A stretch of DNA of 63,012 nucleotides, filler included, from Reclinomonas americana ATCC 50394 (GCA_048213135.1; 4 parts of one record of this genome joined end to end with filler, not necessarily neighbours in it); one strand, 5' to 3'. Shown: positions 1 through 12,835, counted from the whole stretch's first letter. Notes: generated by a model from the sequence alone, not told the origin. Translations and numbers: made by a program.

Positions 1-91
1 AGAGAGAGAGAGAGAGAGAAGTGAAAGAGAGAGAGTGTGTGTGCATGCGTGCATTTCAAATTTGTGACATGCATTGTGTGAATCTGCGCAG

Positions 92-3000
92 GTGAATTCG
101 AACCCCGATCCCAGTTGCGCCTTTTGCTGACTGCCCTGTCTGTGCACTCGTGTGAGTGAGAGAGTGACGCTTGTATGTACGTGTGTGTGCAGGCAAGACG
201 CCGCCGTTCATGATGCCGCCGGGAGTCATTGGTGAGTTGTTTTGTGATTTTCGTCAATGTTTTGTTTGTTGATTTGCGCTGACATGCGTGTGTTTTTTGT
301 GGTGGTAGGCGTGGTCCGCATTCATGGCGATGTGCGTGTGTCTGTTACTGCTGCTGTTGTGGCGTGTGTGTCTTTGCCTGACTTTGTGCGCGCTTTTCGC
401 AGGCTGTCGATTCGATGCTGCAGGTGTGAGGCGCGCAAGGCCAGTCTGCCGTGGTGCTTGTCTCTCATTCTCCCTTTTTTTTTGTAGCCGATTCCGCTCT
501 CCGAGGCCTACTTGGTGAGTCGCCCTGCGTGTTTCTTGTGTGGCAGAGACTGTGGCTGATGTGAGCGCGCAGCATCACTGGGTGGCCGGCAGTCCGTTCA
601 TCAAGAGCTGGCCTTGCAGTGACATGTTCACCTTTGGCGGAGTGCGTACTGGCGCATGTGTGTGCGCACACAGACGCCGTCACTCACTCTTTCGCTTCCG
701 TGTGCAGGGTGCAGAGACACGCCACACTTCGTGGGCTTCCCCAGATCCCGCCTACGCGGTGATCACCGACACGGCCAAGGACTATTGTTGCGCTCCCCTG
801 TGCTACGGAGATTATCGGCAGGGTCCTTTTGTTGTGACGCTCTGTGTGGTGTGTTGTAGGGCTGGTCAATTACCACATTTTGGATGTGCGCGGTGTGCCA
901 GAGGACAAGATGAAGGCTTGTTGCGTACAATCACGGTCGTTTGCTTGTGCTTCCACCGTCTGTGGTATAACGTTGACCATGGTGTGGTGACATTGTGCGC
1001 AGGCCTGGAGTGCTGGTGCCCCGACGGCTCGACTGGCGGAGTGGGTTGCTGCCGTAATGGTGAGGAGGGGAGAGTGATTTGAAACGTAGCATTCCACTCA
1101 TGTGTTCGTTTCGTACGCAGGCCGCATGTGCCCGCAGACTGCCGGTGCCAACTTGCCGACCAAGAGTTGCGTGCGATTGAACACGTTGTCGAGGTCGAGG
1201 AGGAGCAACGCATTCTCATCGATGTCGTGCAGCTCGTTACATCAAGTACGAAGTCGAGTACTTTGCCGACATTACCGACATCAAGCCGCTGGACGTGATT
1301 GTGTTCGATGGTGTGTCCACGTGCGCAGTGGAGGTTGCTGGTGAAACACACTCACTGACACGCGTCCAATGTACAGCTGCCGAATGCAATGTCGAGTTCG
1401 ACATTTCGTCGGCTGACGGAGTGCGTTTTTCTTGATTTATCGCAGAGTTTGGCGGCGACCGCACGTGCTCATGTTTTCCTCGTCGCAGTGCACTCGAGAC
1501 TCAAAGGACGCCAAGTGCATCCAGGTGCAGCGCGGCGAGCAAGTCGTGACCAAGGATATCAATGTGCTCGGCGCTGTCGGCCACCTGCATACGGGCGGTA
1601 TCAGCTTGACTGCCACTGTGCGCCTCGGCGGCGCCACCGGCCAAGAGGTGCTGATTTGCACCTCGCTGCCCACGTACGGCACTGGTGAGTCAGCAACCTG
1701 TTGTTGTGTAGCCTGTTTTCTCCCTAGTTCCTCATGTGGCGCGTGTCTTTCAGGCTCGCCCACCGACGTCGGCAACGAGGGTGGCTTCCTCGTGGGTATG
1801 AGCTCCTGTGCTCTGGACGAGCCACTCTTGGTGCCCGCCGGTAGCATCATGACCATCACCGCCCAGTACTACCGCGACAACAAGTACCTCGGGGTGTGTG
1901 TGTGTAAGTGCGCAGCGGTAGCACACGAGCGGGAGACTAAATTCCAATTCTCCGACTGGCAGGTCATGGGGCTGATGAATGTGTTTGCAAACCCGGCGCC
2001 TGAACCCGCGTGCATGCTGCCCGAGGACGCCTCGCAGGTGCACCCGTCCATTCGCAATCGTGACTGCACGCAGCCGATGCGTCTGGAGACCGTGAAGAAC
2101 GCCGACGGCACGTACACGGACACGTTTGTCTCGCAGGCTCTCTTCATGCGCCCCGGCACTGTCGTTGCGTGATAGCTGTGTGGAGACGAGATGAAGAAAT
2201 AATAATCAGCAGAGCTCATGCGTACCTCGTGCACACAGATCAACACGGATCCCCGTGCGTGACGTCGTTGTATTGTGTCGTGCCGTTCGCTTGCAACTCA
2301 CCGCATGCTGCACGCAGGCTACACTCCCGGCTTCATGATGCCCGAAGGCACTGTTGGTGAGTGCGTGTGCGGCACCATTTTGAAAAAGGGCTATATAACG
2401 TTGTACTCACTGCGATGGTGCGTGCGTACAGCTGTCAAGAGCATCAACGGCGAGGTAAGTCCGCCTTGCCCTTGCCTCTAACGCAGTGTCAAAGATGCCA
2501 ACGATTTTGTGTTTTTTTGTGCAGGTTGTGGACTCGATGCTGCAGGTATGTTTGTGTGTTTTTCTATTATTTGTGTGGTCTCCACGCTCACAGCGTGCTG
2601 TGATGCCGAAGTCGATTCCGCTTTCGGAAGTCTACATGGTTTGTTTGGTGGTGATGCGTGGATCTATTGTGGTGCCACCGTGAGCCTCACTTTTTTCTGT
2701 GCGCACGCAGCACCATTGGGTCGCCGGTACATGCGAGGAGAAAGTCCTTCTTCGCACGCGTTCGATCTCAACTCACACCCTTGATTTTGTGCGAGTGCAG
2801 GAAGCCCGTTCCACCGAAGCTGGCCGTGCCGCAATCAGTTTGTGTTTGGCGGAGTTGCGTGTCGCCTTTTCATCACTGTGCGGGAGCTTGTGCTCATCTC
2901 CACCGGTCACGCAGGGCGCGGAGAGCCGTCGCACAGACTGGAGCACGAAGAATTCGGCATTCGGACTGGTGACCAACACCATCGCTGATCGCTGTTGCGT

Positions 3001-4361
3001 TGTGGTGTGTTGTTGAAGCGACCATGTTTTGTCTCACGTGCTGCGGCCAATGTTAGGGCTGGTAAATCTGCATCTGATTGATGTGCGCGGTGTGGCCGAC
3101 ATGAAGCACTGTTGCGTGAAGACTGCACCCACGGATGGCATCTTTCTGGCTCGTACAAACCTCGTCGTGCTCAACATGTAGGCATTGAGTGCACATGCCC
3201 TCCGGAGCGAGGTGGTGGAAGCGTAGAGTGCTGCCCCGATGGCTACCAGTGCACGTTGCGCGCCGGTGCCAACACTGACCTGCGCAGTGCGTCCTCAGTA
3301 TATGTGTGCATGTCTGGTGTCTAGCAGAGGCGCGTCCTCACCGTGATTCGTGACCGCAGCTCGTTTCCTGAAGTACAAGGTCGTCTATCGCCCAGCGTCG
3401 AATGCCGAAATCCCCGCCGACGTGTTTGTGCTCGACGGTGCGTGCTTGTTGCGTATACTGCGTCGCTGGCGGCTTCACTCATGCAGTGTGCCCTGCTGCA
3501 GTGGCCAACTGCGAAATTGAGTTTAACGTGTCCGCTGTGCCGGGGGTAAGTGCTTGCCCTCTGCACAGTGCGGATGTTGACGACGACGTGCTCATGTTTG
3601 TTTCGCGGTTGATTGTACCACGCAGTGCACGCGTGGATCAACCGACTCCAAATGCATTCATGTGCTGGAACGCCGCTACACGACGACCGTTGACATGCAA
3701 GTGACGGGCGCGATTGGTCACCTGCACATTGGTGGCCGCAAGCTGACCACCACCGTCCTCGTTGGTGGCGCGAACGGTGTGTTGACGTTGTGATCGCTGC
3801 ACTCCACAATACTCCTCTTTGACATCATCACCATTGTGTGCAGGTGAGGCGCAGCAAGTGTGCAACTCGATTCCGCTGTACGGCACGGTGAGAGCGCGAG
3901 CTTGTCGTAATTGTTTTGCTGTCACTCTTCCTCACTCACGTGTGTGAGCAGGGCCCGGTGACCGAAGCCGGCAACGAGGGTGGCTACGTCGTCGGTCTCG
4001 GCACGTGCACCATTTCGCCGCCCATGTTCGTGCCGGCCGGCAGTGTGTTTGTCACGCGCAGCGAGTACGACCGTGATCAGGATTACAACGGAGTGCGTAC
4101 GCGACTTGTCTTCTCTGTCAACCGATCACATAGTTGCCTGAATCTTGTCCTCGTCAGGTCATGGGTCTCATGAATGTGGTCGGCGCTCCCTTGGCGGCCC
4201 GTGCGCCGCCGCAACGATCGTGGGCGTGGGTGGCCGTTGCTGCCATCAGTGCCGCTGGACTCATCGTGCTCCTCGTGCTGCTCATCCGGTCGGCGTTCGG
4301 CCGCGCGGCGCACGGCATGATCCCGGAGAGTGTTGCCACTCGTCCGCAGCAGCTGCCGTGA
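92..4361 (+). CDS. Multi-exon, 5'-truncated gene: two tandem SURNod19-like (copper monooxygenase-like) domains plus a C-terminal TM helix
   Basis: Spliced exons give, twice, IPLSExY-HHW..GAE(T/S)R..WLVNxHxxDVRG..CxECxC..CC..C..VEF..GHLHxGG..(I/V)CxSxPxYG..GNEGG(F/Y)xVG..GVMG, the motif order of the stress up-regulated Nod19 family. Ends with hydrophobic WAWVAVAAISAAGLIVLLVLLI and TGA at 4359-4361. Confidence 0.8.
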
Positions 4362-4550
4362 GCATCGCCACTGTTTTTTTCCTCTGTTGACCACCCTCCC
4401 TACACACTAAGCGCCCCCCTCGTTGATTTGATTAAAAGAAAGGCGTGTTTTTTCCACCTCACTCTTTTATGAGGGGCATACTAAGACAACTGCGACAGCA
4501 TCGTGTGCGCGATAAACAAAAATAGTGCTAGCGACTTGCAAACTAGTCCG

Positions 4551-7394
4551 TTACGGTGATAGACCGGTAGCAGCGTCGTCGTTGGCACCGTGCGACGACG
4601 GCGACGAATCACGCACCGGCGGCTGCTGGGTCATAAAGAAACTGTTGGGCTGACTTATCGGTGCGGCTCGAGAGGGAGTCACCGCATCGGACGAGCGCGC
4701 CGACGACGGTATCGTTTTCAGCAAGTCCAAAATGGAGGTGCCAGCCGGTGGCGTCTCGAATTGAGGCACTGAGAGTAGGGAGAAGTGAGAATGCATTCTT
4801 CCTCTCCTTTTGTCAGCCCCTCCGTGAACAAACACACCTCGTATTCCCGAGCTGACAATTCGACGCGCCGCCTGACCCACTGGTGACGCCGCCACACTGC
4901 TGGAGGCCGATCCGGAACGCTTGCCGCGCTTGCCTCCGGCGCTGGCGGGCACTGGTGATGAGGGCGCGGTGGACGAGGCGCCTGGTGGGTGGTACAGATG
5001 CGTGAAACGGAGCTGCTTCAGGGCGTCCACCGTCGTCATCAGCTGCTTGATGTCACGCTGCTGCTGCGCCACTTTTTGCTGCTCCATTCGCACGTTGCCT
5101 TCCAACTCACGGGCGCGGTCCTTCAACGACTCGACCTCGTTCAACTTGGCGACATATTGCGCCGCCAGATGCTCGAAAATCGCACGATGCCGTCCCTTCA
5201 GATCCTCCTTTTCGTGGAAGTGCTCCATCCACAGACGATTGGCGAGGCCACCGAGGTCACGGAACGCCTTGCCGGCTCGATTCGGCACAAACTCGATAAA
5301 CATGTTCTCGATGCCCTTGACCACGTCAAACGGATCCTGCATCTCCGGCTGCTCCACCGGTTTTGACGCTTGCTGTGCAGTCACCACATTACCGATGAGC
5401 AAGTGGATGTGCGGGTGGGGTGAAGTAGCAGAGCGGGTGTGGTACGCAACCGACGACCACCGATGCCACAAGTTGTTGACCGACTTGCACAAGTCAATGT
5501 AGTTCTCGCTGGTCTCGGTGTACTTGACAATGGTGGCCTGCATGACATCCACGTTGCGCTTCATGTCGGCCAGCTTTTTCTCCATCTGCCACACAGCGCA
5601 TGAGTACCACGAAAGAAAGTGGTGTTGGCGCATTGCTCTGTCTCGCTCGCACCTTTTCGCGTTCCTTTTGGTGCTCCACGTACATCTGATGCGACAGCGA
5701 CGCCTTCTCCTGTCGCAGCTGTGCCACCTTCTTCTCGAGCTCGTTGCGTTCCAGCTGCACTTCTTGCAGCTCAACAAATTGCTCGCGCTGCGCAACAACA
5801 ATGAGCGGGGAGATGGATGGATGAAGATAGAAGAGAGGGAGGAAACCACACGCAACATTGGCGGTCTCCAGGTTGGCCAACTTGGCGAGAATGTCTTGCG
5901 CGCTGTCAAATGCAAAGCTCTGCGTCAGCTCCTCAAAGATGGGCTCCATGTTTCGGAAAATCTGCATCCCCCCCACAGCAAGTCAACAAACAGCCAAGAT
6001 AAGCATGCAGGCACATGCATGCAAGCAAAAGACGCGACCTTGAGTTTGCGCTCATTCTCGATCTGGCGCTCGCCGACCTTGGTGATCTTCTGCTTGTACA
6101 TGCTGATCATGTGCTTCAACGAGTCGCGTTCGTCTTCCAGCGACTTGACGCGCTCTTTCAGTTCCTGCAACGCACCACATGTCAGCCACCACGACAGAGC
6201 GACTGCTAACAATGGAAGTGACGAACTCTGACTTGCAGCGAAAAGTCGGCCCGGTCCTCCATCACTTGCGTCAAGCGCTTCTCGTACTCGGACACCGTGC
6301 GCTCGTGCTCCTTTTGTGCCTCGATCTTGACGTCCTCCACATGCAACGCCTTCATGTACTCCTTCATGTTCTCACGTGCTCGCACCTGCGCCGCGTCCTT
6401 CCACTTGGCTTTTTCAAAGCGCTCCACGCGACCTGCAACCACCCACACACTCTCTCGGTCAATCCTCCGTCACGCAAGGAGCATCACGGCGATTCACGCA
6501 ACGAGACGCCTGCGCCTTTTCTGCGTCGGACAAGTTCTCTCGCACTCGTCGCAGCAGCTTGCGCGACTGGTTCTTCATCACCGATCGTGCAGACTTGCGC
6601 TCCACGGCGGCGACTGCCGAGAACAAATCACCGCCAACCTCCGCAGTGCCACGGCCCGACGCACCCCTTCCACCACCACCACCGCCCTCCGAGTCGGAAC
6701 TAAACGGCAACGACGCCGGCGAATCGCGCCCGCCTCCGACGGGCGAGCTCGAGAAGCGCTCCCGATCACGGTGCGCCGCTGCACGCGCCGAGATCCTCAT
6801 CTCCAGCTCCCGATCTTCATTCTCATTGCGCGACAAGACGTCCTCGAGGAATTGCTGTAGAATGGGGAAATGTGTGAGACGAATCATCCTCATCACAGCC
6901 ACTGCAAGCACAGCGAGCGCACCTCATCGTCTTGGTGATCAAACTGGCTCGGCGTCGACATTTTCGCCTGTCGCTTGATCTCGCCCTCCATCTCCATCCA
7001 CCGACGTTCCTGCCAGTCACATGATCGCACTCAACACAAGACAGAGAAGGGGATAGAGAGACGGGAATGAGAGCGCACGCACCACAATCTTCTTGCGGGC
7101 ACTGAGCGAGCGCGCCGCACTCAACGGCGGAGGCGGGGTGTTTCCGCCCGCCGCACTCGTCATCGACGACGGCGACGCCGCTCCCGCTCCCGTGATCGAC
7201 GAACCAGACGGTGAATGCAGAAAGGCGCCGGCCGCCGTCGACATGCGCACACCGGGCGCGAGCGGAGGCGGTGCATGCGTCGAACGCAGCTTGCTCAGCG
7301 TCGGAATCGAGTTTCCCGAGCCCTGTTGCCCCGCACTCGCGGCCGCCGCCATGGCTCCGCCCACAAGTCGCGCTCGATGCGTGGCAGTCGACAT
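4551..7394 (-). CDS. Multi-exon coiled-coil protein with Ser/Pro-rich termini (possibly CCDC42/CFAP73-like)
   Basis: ATG at 7394 (MSTATHRARL). E/K/Q-rich heptad exons (ERTVSEYEKRLTQV..LQELKERVKSLEDE..FEELTQSFAFDSAQDILAKLANLE) are joined by GT-AG introns. Stop at 4551. Family call is tentative. Confidence 0.65.
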
Positions 7395-7966
7395 GGGTCG
7401 CTTGCGGCTCTTAAGTCGGGAAGATCGGCCAAATAAAAAAGCGATGAATGTTGGCCGTTTGCTCGCGGCCGGACAGTGATTACAACTGTCCAAGTCATCA
7501 ATCAACAACGAAACGAAAAGAATGTTGGCAAGACGCGGCGTTGCGCTGCTTCGCACACGTGTGATGGTGAGTTACTTTGCCTCCAGTCTGCTTGCGTTTG
7601 TGAACGTGCAACAAGGGTTTTGCTTTGGTTTGCGTTGTTTTGTGCGATCTTTGGCGCCATTGCGCGCCCTTTGTTTGTGTTTCGCCCTCTCCTTCTTCTC
7701 CTTCTTCTCTCTTCACGCGTTGCTGCTGCTCTCCGTCTCTGTGTTCTTGTGTGTGCGTGCGTCTGCGTGTGCGTGTGCGTGTGTGCAGAGAAGGCGAAGA
7801 GAGTGCACTCGTTTGCGGTGACTTCTGCAGTTTTCACTTTGAAACCCAACCGACCGCATTGCATACACGCTGCACACACACATACACACACGCACGCACC
7901 ACACACGTGTGTGTTTCCATCTGCACGCACGAGTGAGCGCGTGTCGCAAGAGATCTCATTCACATC

Positions 7967-8825
7967 ATGCGCGCGTTTCCTCACACTCTCATCTCCGTCA
8001 CACAGGCTGCTCCTCTCTCGACGCTGATTCTCCCGTCGACGGCCACCACCTCCAGCAGCAGTGGAGCTCATCAGCAATGCGCGCCGACCTTCCACTCGCG
8101 TCCGTGGGATTCCTTTTTCACCACGCATGTGGGAGCGTACCAGGAGGGCACCTCGTCGATGATGATCAGTGAGCGAGAGGCGCGTGAGATTTCCCGCTCA
8201 CTCACCGCACACGCCTACTCCACTCGTGCCACGGCCGCCTCCCACCGCTTGGTGGTGGAGGATCCGCTGCGCATGAGCTACGAGCAGGAGAAGGGCGGCC
8301 TGCCGCCGCACATTTACGAGGTGAGTGCAGCAGTCGGCATTTAGGCGGATCACGAGGGAATTACTTATCATTTACCCCGGCAATGTAGGATGCGCGTGGC
8401 AAGTCGGTGCATCATCACACCCTCCCGCCGCCGTCGGAGACCATGAAGCCGGCCAGCAGCGGCCCGCTGACCTCGGATCCGCAGCTGCTGTCGGGTCTGT
8501 CGGCTTCGCATGCGTACTCGTCGGCTGCACCGCGCGCGTGGGCCAACGCGGCCACGGCGCCCTCCAGCGGTGTGGAGGTCACCATTGCTGCTCGTCGGTT
8601 AGAGGATACGATTGGTGAGTCGTGGAGGGCGACGAGTCGAAACCAGGGCGAAATAACTAAATAGCACCTTTCACAGCGTCGCTGTCGTCGGCCGTCGGAG
8701 AACTGGAGTCGCTGGTGGGCTCGCTTAAGGACGAGGTGGCACACGAGCGATTGCACAGGAAGAAGGTCGAGGCCGACTTGGCCGCGATGCGCGCGTCATT
8801 CGAGACGCTCTCGGGTTCACGTTGA
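7967..8825 (+). CDS. Three-exon hypothetical protein with a C-terminal coiled coil
   Basis: Exons of about 7967-8319, 8389-8614 and 8676-8825 splice in frame at GT-AG sites. Ends ELESLVGSLKDEVAHERLHRKKVEADLAAMRASFETLSGSR*. Start codon uncertain. Confidence 0.55.
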
Positions 8826-9146
8826 TCGTAGAAGAGAGAGTATGAGTTTGTGTGTGTGGCCGCCGGCGTGTGGTAGCTGATTGATGGGCACTTCAAGCGA
8901 AAGTACTGTTGGGTTGTGGTGGCTCTCTGCTGCCCCCCTTTGCTTGCATGGTCGTCCACCAGCGCCAGTCCCACGCCGGTTGTTTATCTCCTTATCTGTT
9001 TGTTAACCTCTACTTTTTTTGTTGCCATTGTTCCTATTGTTGTTGTGTTGTTGTTGTTGTTGTTGTAACCCTACCTACATATCTCGTAAGTGAATCCCCG
9101 TATCCCCTCACCTGCCTTTGTCGTCCTGTTCGTTTGTTTGCATTCA

Positions 9147-9934
9147 ATGGCCTCGCGAGTGGCGAAAAACTTGTTTGTGACTGGCGACCCGGGTGTCGGC
9201 AAGTCAACGCTGGTCTGACTGCAAAGCAGAGAGAAGCGACGTGTCATCCGTCCATCATCCATCGCCACTGACGATGCATGCATGCAGATCGCTCGCGTGG
9301 TTGCCGCTCTGCGCAGTCGCCCTGCGCTTTCTTCGATGCCCATCTGCGGCTTTTACACCGAGGAGGTGCGCTCGGCGTCATCCAGGGAACGCATCGGTTT
9401 CGACGTGGTCTCTCTCGTCGAGTCGTCGTCGTCGTTGTCGTCGTCTGCTGCACCGTCGTCATCGCTGCAATCGGCGGTCTCTCGCGCCCCTCTGGCGCGC
9501 GTTGGCGGCTCTGATCGAGCACCGCGAGTGGGGTGCGTGCAGTGAGTGCTGTGTGTGTCCGCGTGGGCTCTCATTGTGCCAGTTGTCGCAGCAAGTACGC
9601 TGTCGACCTGAATAGCTTCGAATCGATCGCCTTGGCCAGCATGGAAGGCACGGAGGCGCGGCTGGTGGTCATTGACGAAGTCGGGCGCATGGAGCTCTTC
9701 TCGCGACGCTTCATTGCCGCCACACGCGCCGCTCTCAACGACCCCATTGCCGTCGTCCTCGGCTCCGTTCCCGTCAACGATCGAGGTCTGCAACTCGTGC
9801 ACGAGATCAAGGACGAGCGAGACGATGTGCTGCTGCTGGATGTCACGCGCGACAATCGCGACGATCTGGTGGAGCAACTCGTGCAGCTCGTCGACGAGCA
9901 GTGGCCGAGAAGACCACACGAGAAAACGCAGTAA
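9147..9934 (+). CDS. NTPCR: Nucleoside triphosphatase, NTPCR/THEP1 family
   Basis: Walker A VTGDPGVGKSTL, GFYTEEVR..RIGFDVV, VGKYAVD..FE, Walker B LVVIDEVGRMELFS, and C-terminal VTRDNRD. Two introns. Confidence 0.93.
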
Positions 9935-10088
9935 AAACGTCTGCTGGCCATCGCGATTTCATTTCTTTAAAACCCCCACCCATGCAGCATGCTGCGTGAT
10001 AACAGCACCACTCCACGGGGTGCGCTATCATCATCATCTCATCACTACCACCAGTGAGGTCGCCAACAAAAATCTCGCGAGCGACACC

Positions 10089-11789
10089 TCAATTGGCGGT
10101 CTTCTCGCTGAGAACAGTGATAATCGCCTGCAACCGCCGCTCGAGTGGCGACGACGGCGCGAAACCCGGTGCAGCGGCTTGCAGGTGCAGCAAAATGTTC
10201 TCGCCCACCGGCTTGACGTGCGGCAGCACCGACTCGTCGGTCGGATCGAAAGCCTGTGCCGCCTGCAACAGCCACGATAGGCGCAGCTCGCAGTCCGCCG
10301 ACGTTGCACTGATGAACAGCGCCAACTGCCACGAGAGACATGAAATCAGCAACCACGGATCAAACACACTCTCCCTCCTGCCCTTCCTGCCCTCGCACCC
10401 ACCTGTTGCATCAGTGACAGAATGATGCCGGCGGAGAGGCGGGGCCGTGCCGAGGACAAAACGTTGCGCACATCCAACAACTCGCACGCCTGCACCAGCA
10501 AGCGGATATCCTGGAAGCGCAGCACATTGACAAAGGCCTCCTCGTAGTTGCCGGCATCCAGCAGCGGTCGGATCGACGCCAGCGGCGAGACGGCTTCGGG
10601 AGCAGCCGCCGCCGCAGCCGCAGTCGTCGCCGGAGAAGCGCCACCGCCGGCGGCGATCGGCACCGAAGCCAGAGTGGCCTGCAACTCGGCCACTTGTCCT
10701 TGCAGTGAGCGAATGAGGGCGGCTTGCTCCGCAAACTCGCTGCGCGACGGCAGCTGCGACAGCGACTGGCGGAACTCGGCCAACCACTCCTCCACTCGCG
10801 ACTGCATGACACCACCGAGTGCCACGGAAATCTGCTGGAACATGGCGTTGACGACACGCTCAAACTGCGGCAGCAGTGTGCTCTCGAGTGCGTTTCGGAA
10901 CGTATCGGCAAAGTCCATGGGCTCCGCCGAATGACGCGCCTCCAACTTGGCCATAGCGTGCGACAGGCTCTGCTCCAACGGCTCTGTGACTGTGCCACGC
11001 AGCTGCGCGCACACAGCCTCCACCACTCGCGGCACGACACGACCCTTGGTCTGCTGTGAGATTTGCTCCACAATCACAGCCTCAATGTGCTCCGGCAAAT
11101 CCTGATTGAGTGTCTCTGCCACCGAGCTGTGCAATCGCTGCAGGCTCTCGTTGATGTGCGCCATTCGTTGATCGTGCTGTCGTTGCATCTCCGACCCTAC
11201 AAGCAACACGGTATGTCAAACAACCACGTGACGCACAAGTATGCAAACTAGGAGAGAAAAGAAAACGCAACGGATTTCATCGCGGTGTCGAGTCATGACA
11301 CTCTCCACCGACGACAGCAGTCGCGATTCCAAGCGCGCGAATGCGTCCTCGTCCATTGGCGATGGGGCGGACTTTTATATTGCACACGGATGAGAAAATG
11401 GAGGGCCCCGCGCAGCACAATAGCACTTTCATCTCACCATGCGCTGCGATCCGGTAATCAGCGGCGATCCGCGGCCGTGCGCAGGAGCCATGAATTGCAT
11501 GTGTCCTACAGTGGGCGAGCGTTCAGGAGCACTGACTCCACACGAGCAACTGTGGAAGCACACTCACCGCCACCGACGCCACCGGCTGGTGTGTTGGCTG
11601 GAGTCGCAGAGGCGCGCAGATCGGAGGGCGTGGCGGGCGAGTTCACGGCGGACTGGAAACGAAGAACGCCCGGCGGGCTTTCCGCACCATTGTCGCTGCT
11701 GGCAATCGACGAAGCCGACGTGCTGTTCTTGGCCTTTTTCGACAGCAAGGCCTCCAGCTGCGCAGCATCGATGCCTGGCAGATGGGGGC
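10089..11789 (-). CDS. EDC4: Enhancer of mRNA decapping 4 (Ge-1/Varicose), C-terminal part; 5' end lost in gap
   Basis: Helical region (FRNALESTLLPQFERVVNAMFQQI) and C-terminal domain GNYEEAF..LSAGIILSLMQQLA..RLSWL..AFDPTD..PHV, typical of Ge-1. Confidence 0.85.
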
Positions 11790-12282
11790 CTGCTGCTGCA
11801 CACAAGCAAACAGAAAACCGTGCATTGTCATTCAGCAACACATTTTCTGGCAAGCAGCGNNNNNNNNNNNNNNNNNNNNNNNNNNNNNNNNNNNNNNNNN
11901 NNNNNNNNNNNNNNNNNNNNNNNNNNNNNNNNNNNNNNNNNNNNNNNNNNNNNNNNNNNNNNNNNNNNNNNNNNNNNNNNNNNNNNNNNNNNNNNNNNNN
12001 NNNNNNNNNNNNNNNNNNNNNNNNNNNNNNNNNNNNNNNNNNNNNNNNNNNNNNNNNNNNNNNNNNNNNNNNNNNNNNNNNNNNNNNNNNNNNNNNNNNN
12101 NNNNNNNNNNNNNNNNNNNNNNNNNNNNNNNNNNNNNNNNNNNNNNNNNNNNNNNNNNNNNNNNNNNNNNNNNNNNNNNNNNNNNNNNNNNNNNNNNNNN
12201 NNNNNNNNNNNNNNNNNNNNNNNNNNNNNNNNNNNNNNNNNNNNNNNNNNNNNNNNNNNNNNNNNNNNNNNNNNNNNNNNNN

Positions 12283-12600
12283 TCCTCGCCCAATCTGGTG
12301 TCCACCACGGCCAATGCGCAGCCGCCCACCTCTGTCCCCTCGTTCAGCTTGCAAGTGTTTAGTGGCGACGGTTCCACGGTGTTGCTGCAGCGCAACTTCC
12401 CCATTGGAGATACCCCACTGCGTTCGAGCTACTTCCGCGATCTCCTGCTCGACCCCGGCCACATGGACACGAGCGAGCGTGCCGCCTACAAGCTGTGCCG
12501 CGCTGGTGTGCCGCTACCCAAGGGCCAGCGCAAGGTGCAGCCGGGCGAGGTTCTGCAGCTGATTCCGCGTGTGGCTGTCGACCCGCGTGTTCCGCGCACG
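12283..12600 (+). CDS. Isolated coding exon fragment, unknown product
   Basis: Open frame with strong G/C-ending codon bias (..LLQRNFPIGDTPLRSSYFRDLLLDPG..YKLCRAGVPLPKGQRKVQPGEVLQLIPRVA), on a small contig flanked by gaps. Confidence 0.5.
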
Positions 12601-12643
12601 CGTCAAAACACGCTGGTACAATGTTGCGTCCGTGTATTCACCG

Positions 12644-12743
12644 NNNNNNNNNNNNNNNNNNNNNNNNNNNNNNNNNNNNNNNNNNNNTTAATTAATTAAN
12701 NNNNNNNNNNNNNNNNNNNNNNNNNNNNNNNNNNNNNNNNNNN
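12644..12743. other. Artificial scaffold-joining spacer (N44-TTAATTAATTAA-N44)
   Basis: Exact 100-nt construct with stops in all six frames; repeated identically at 44314-44413 and 51225-51324. Confidence 0.97.
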
Positions 12744-12835
12744 GACCGACGACCGTACCGACCGTACCGTACCGTACCGTACCGTACCGTACCGTCCGTC
12801 CGTCCGTACCGTCGTCGTACGTACGTACGTACGAC

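Noticed and set aside
91..120. GAATTCGAACCC resembling a reverse tRNA T-loop/B-box
   Set aside because: No cloverleaf can be built; the stretch is a coding micro-exon (VNSNPDP) homologous to INTDP in the second domain copy.
12688..12699. TTAATTAATTAA palindrome recurring three times (also at 44358 and 51269), suggesting a piggyBac TTAA target or a regulatory site
   Set aside because: Always centred in exactly 44 N on each side and gives stops in all six frames: an artificial concatenation linker. Genes on either side are not true neighbours.
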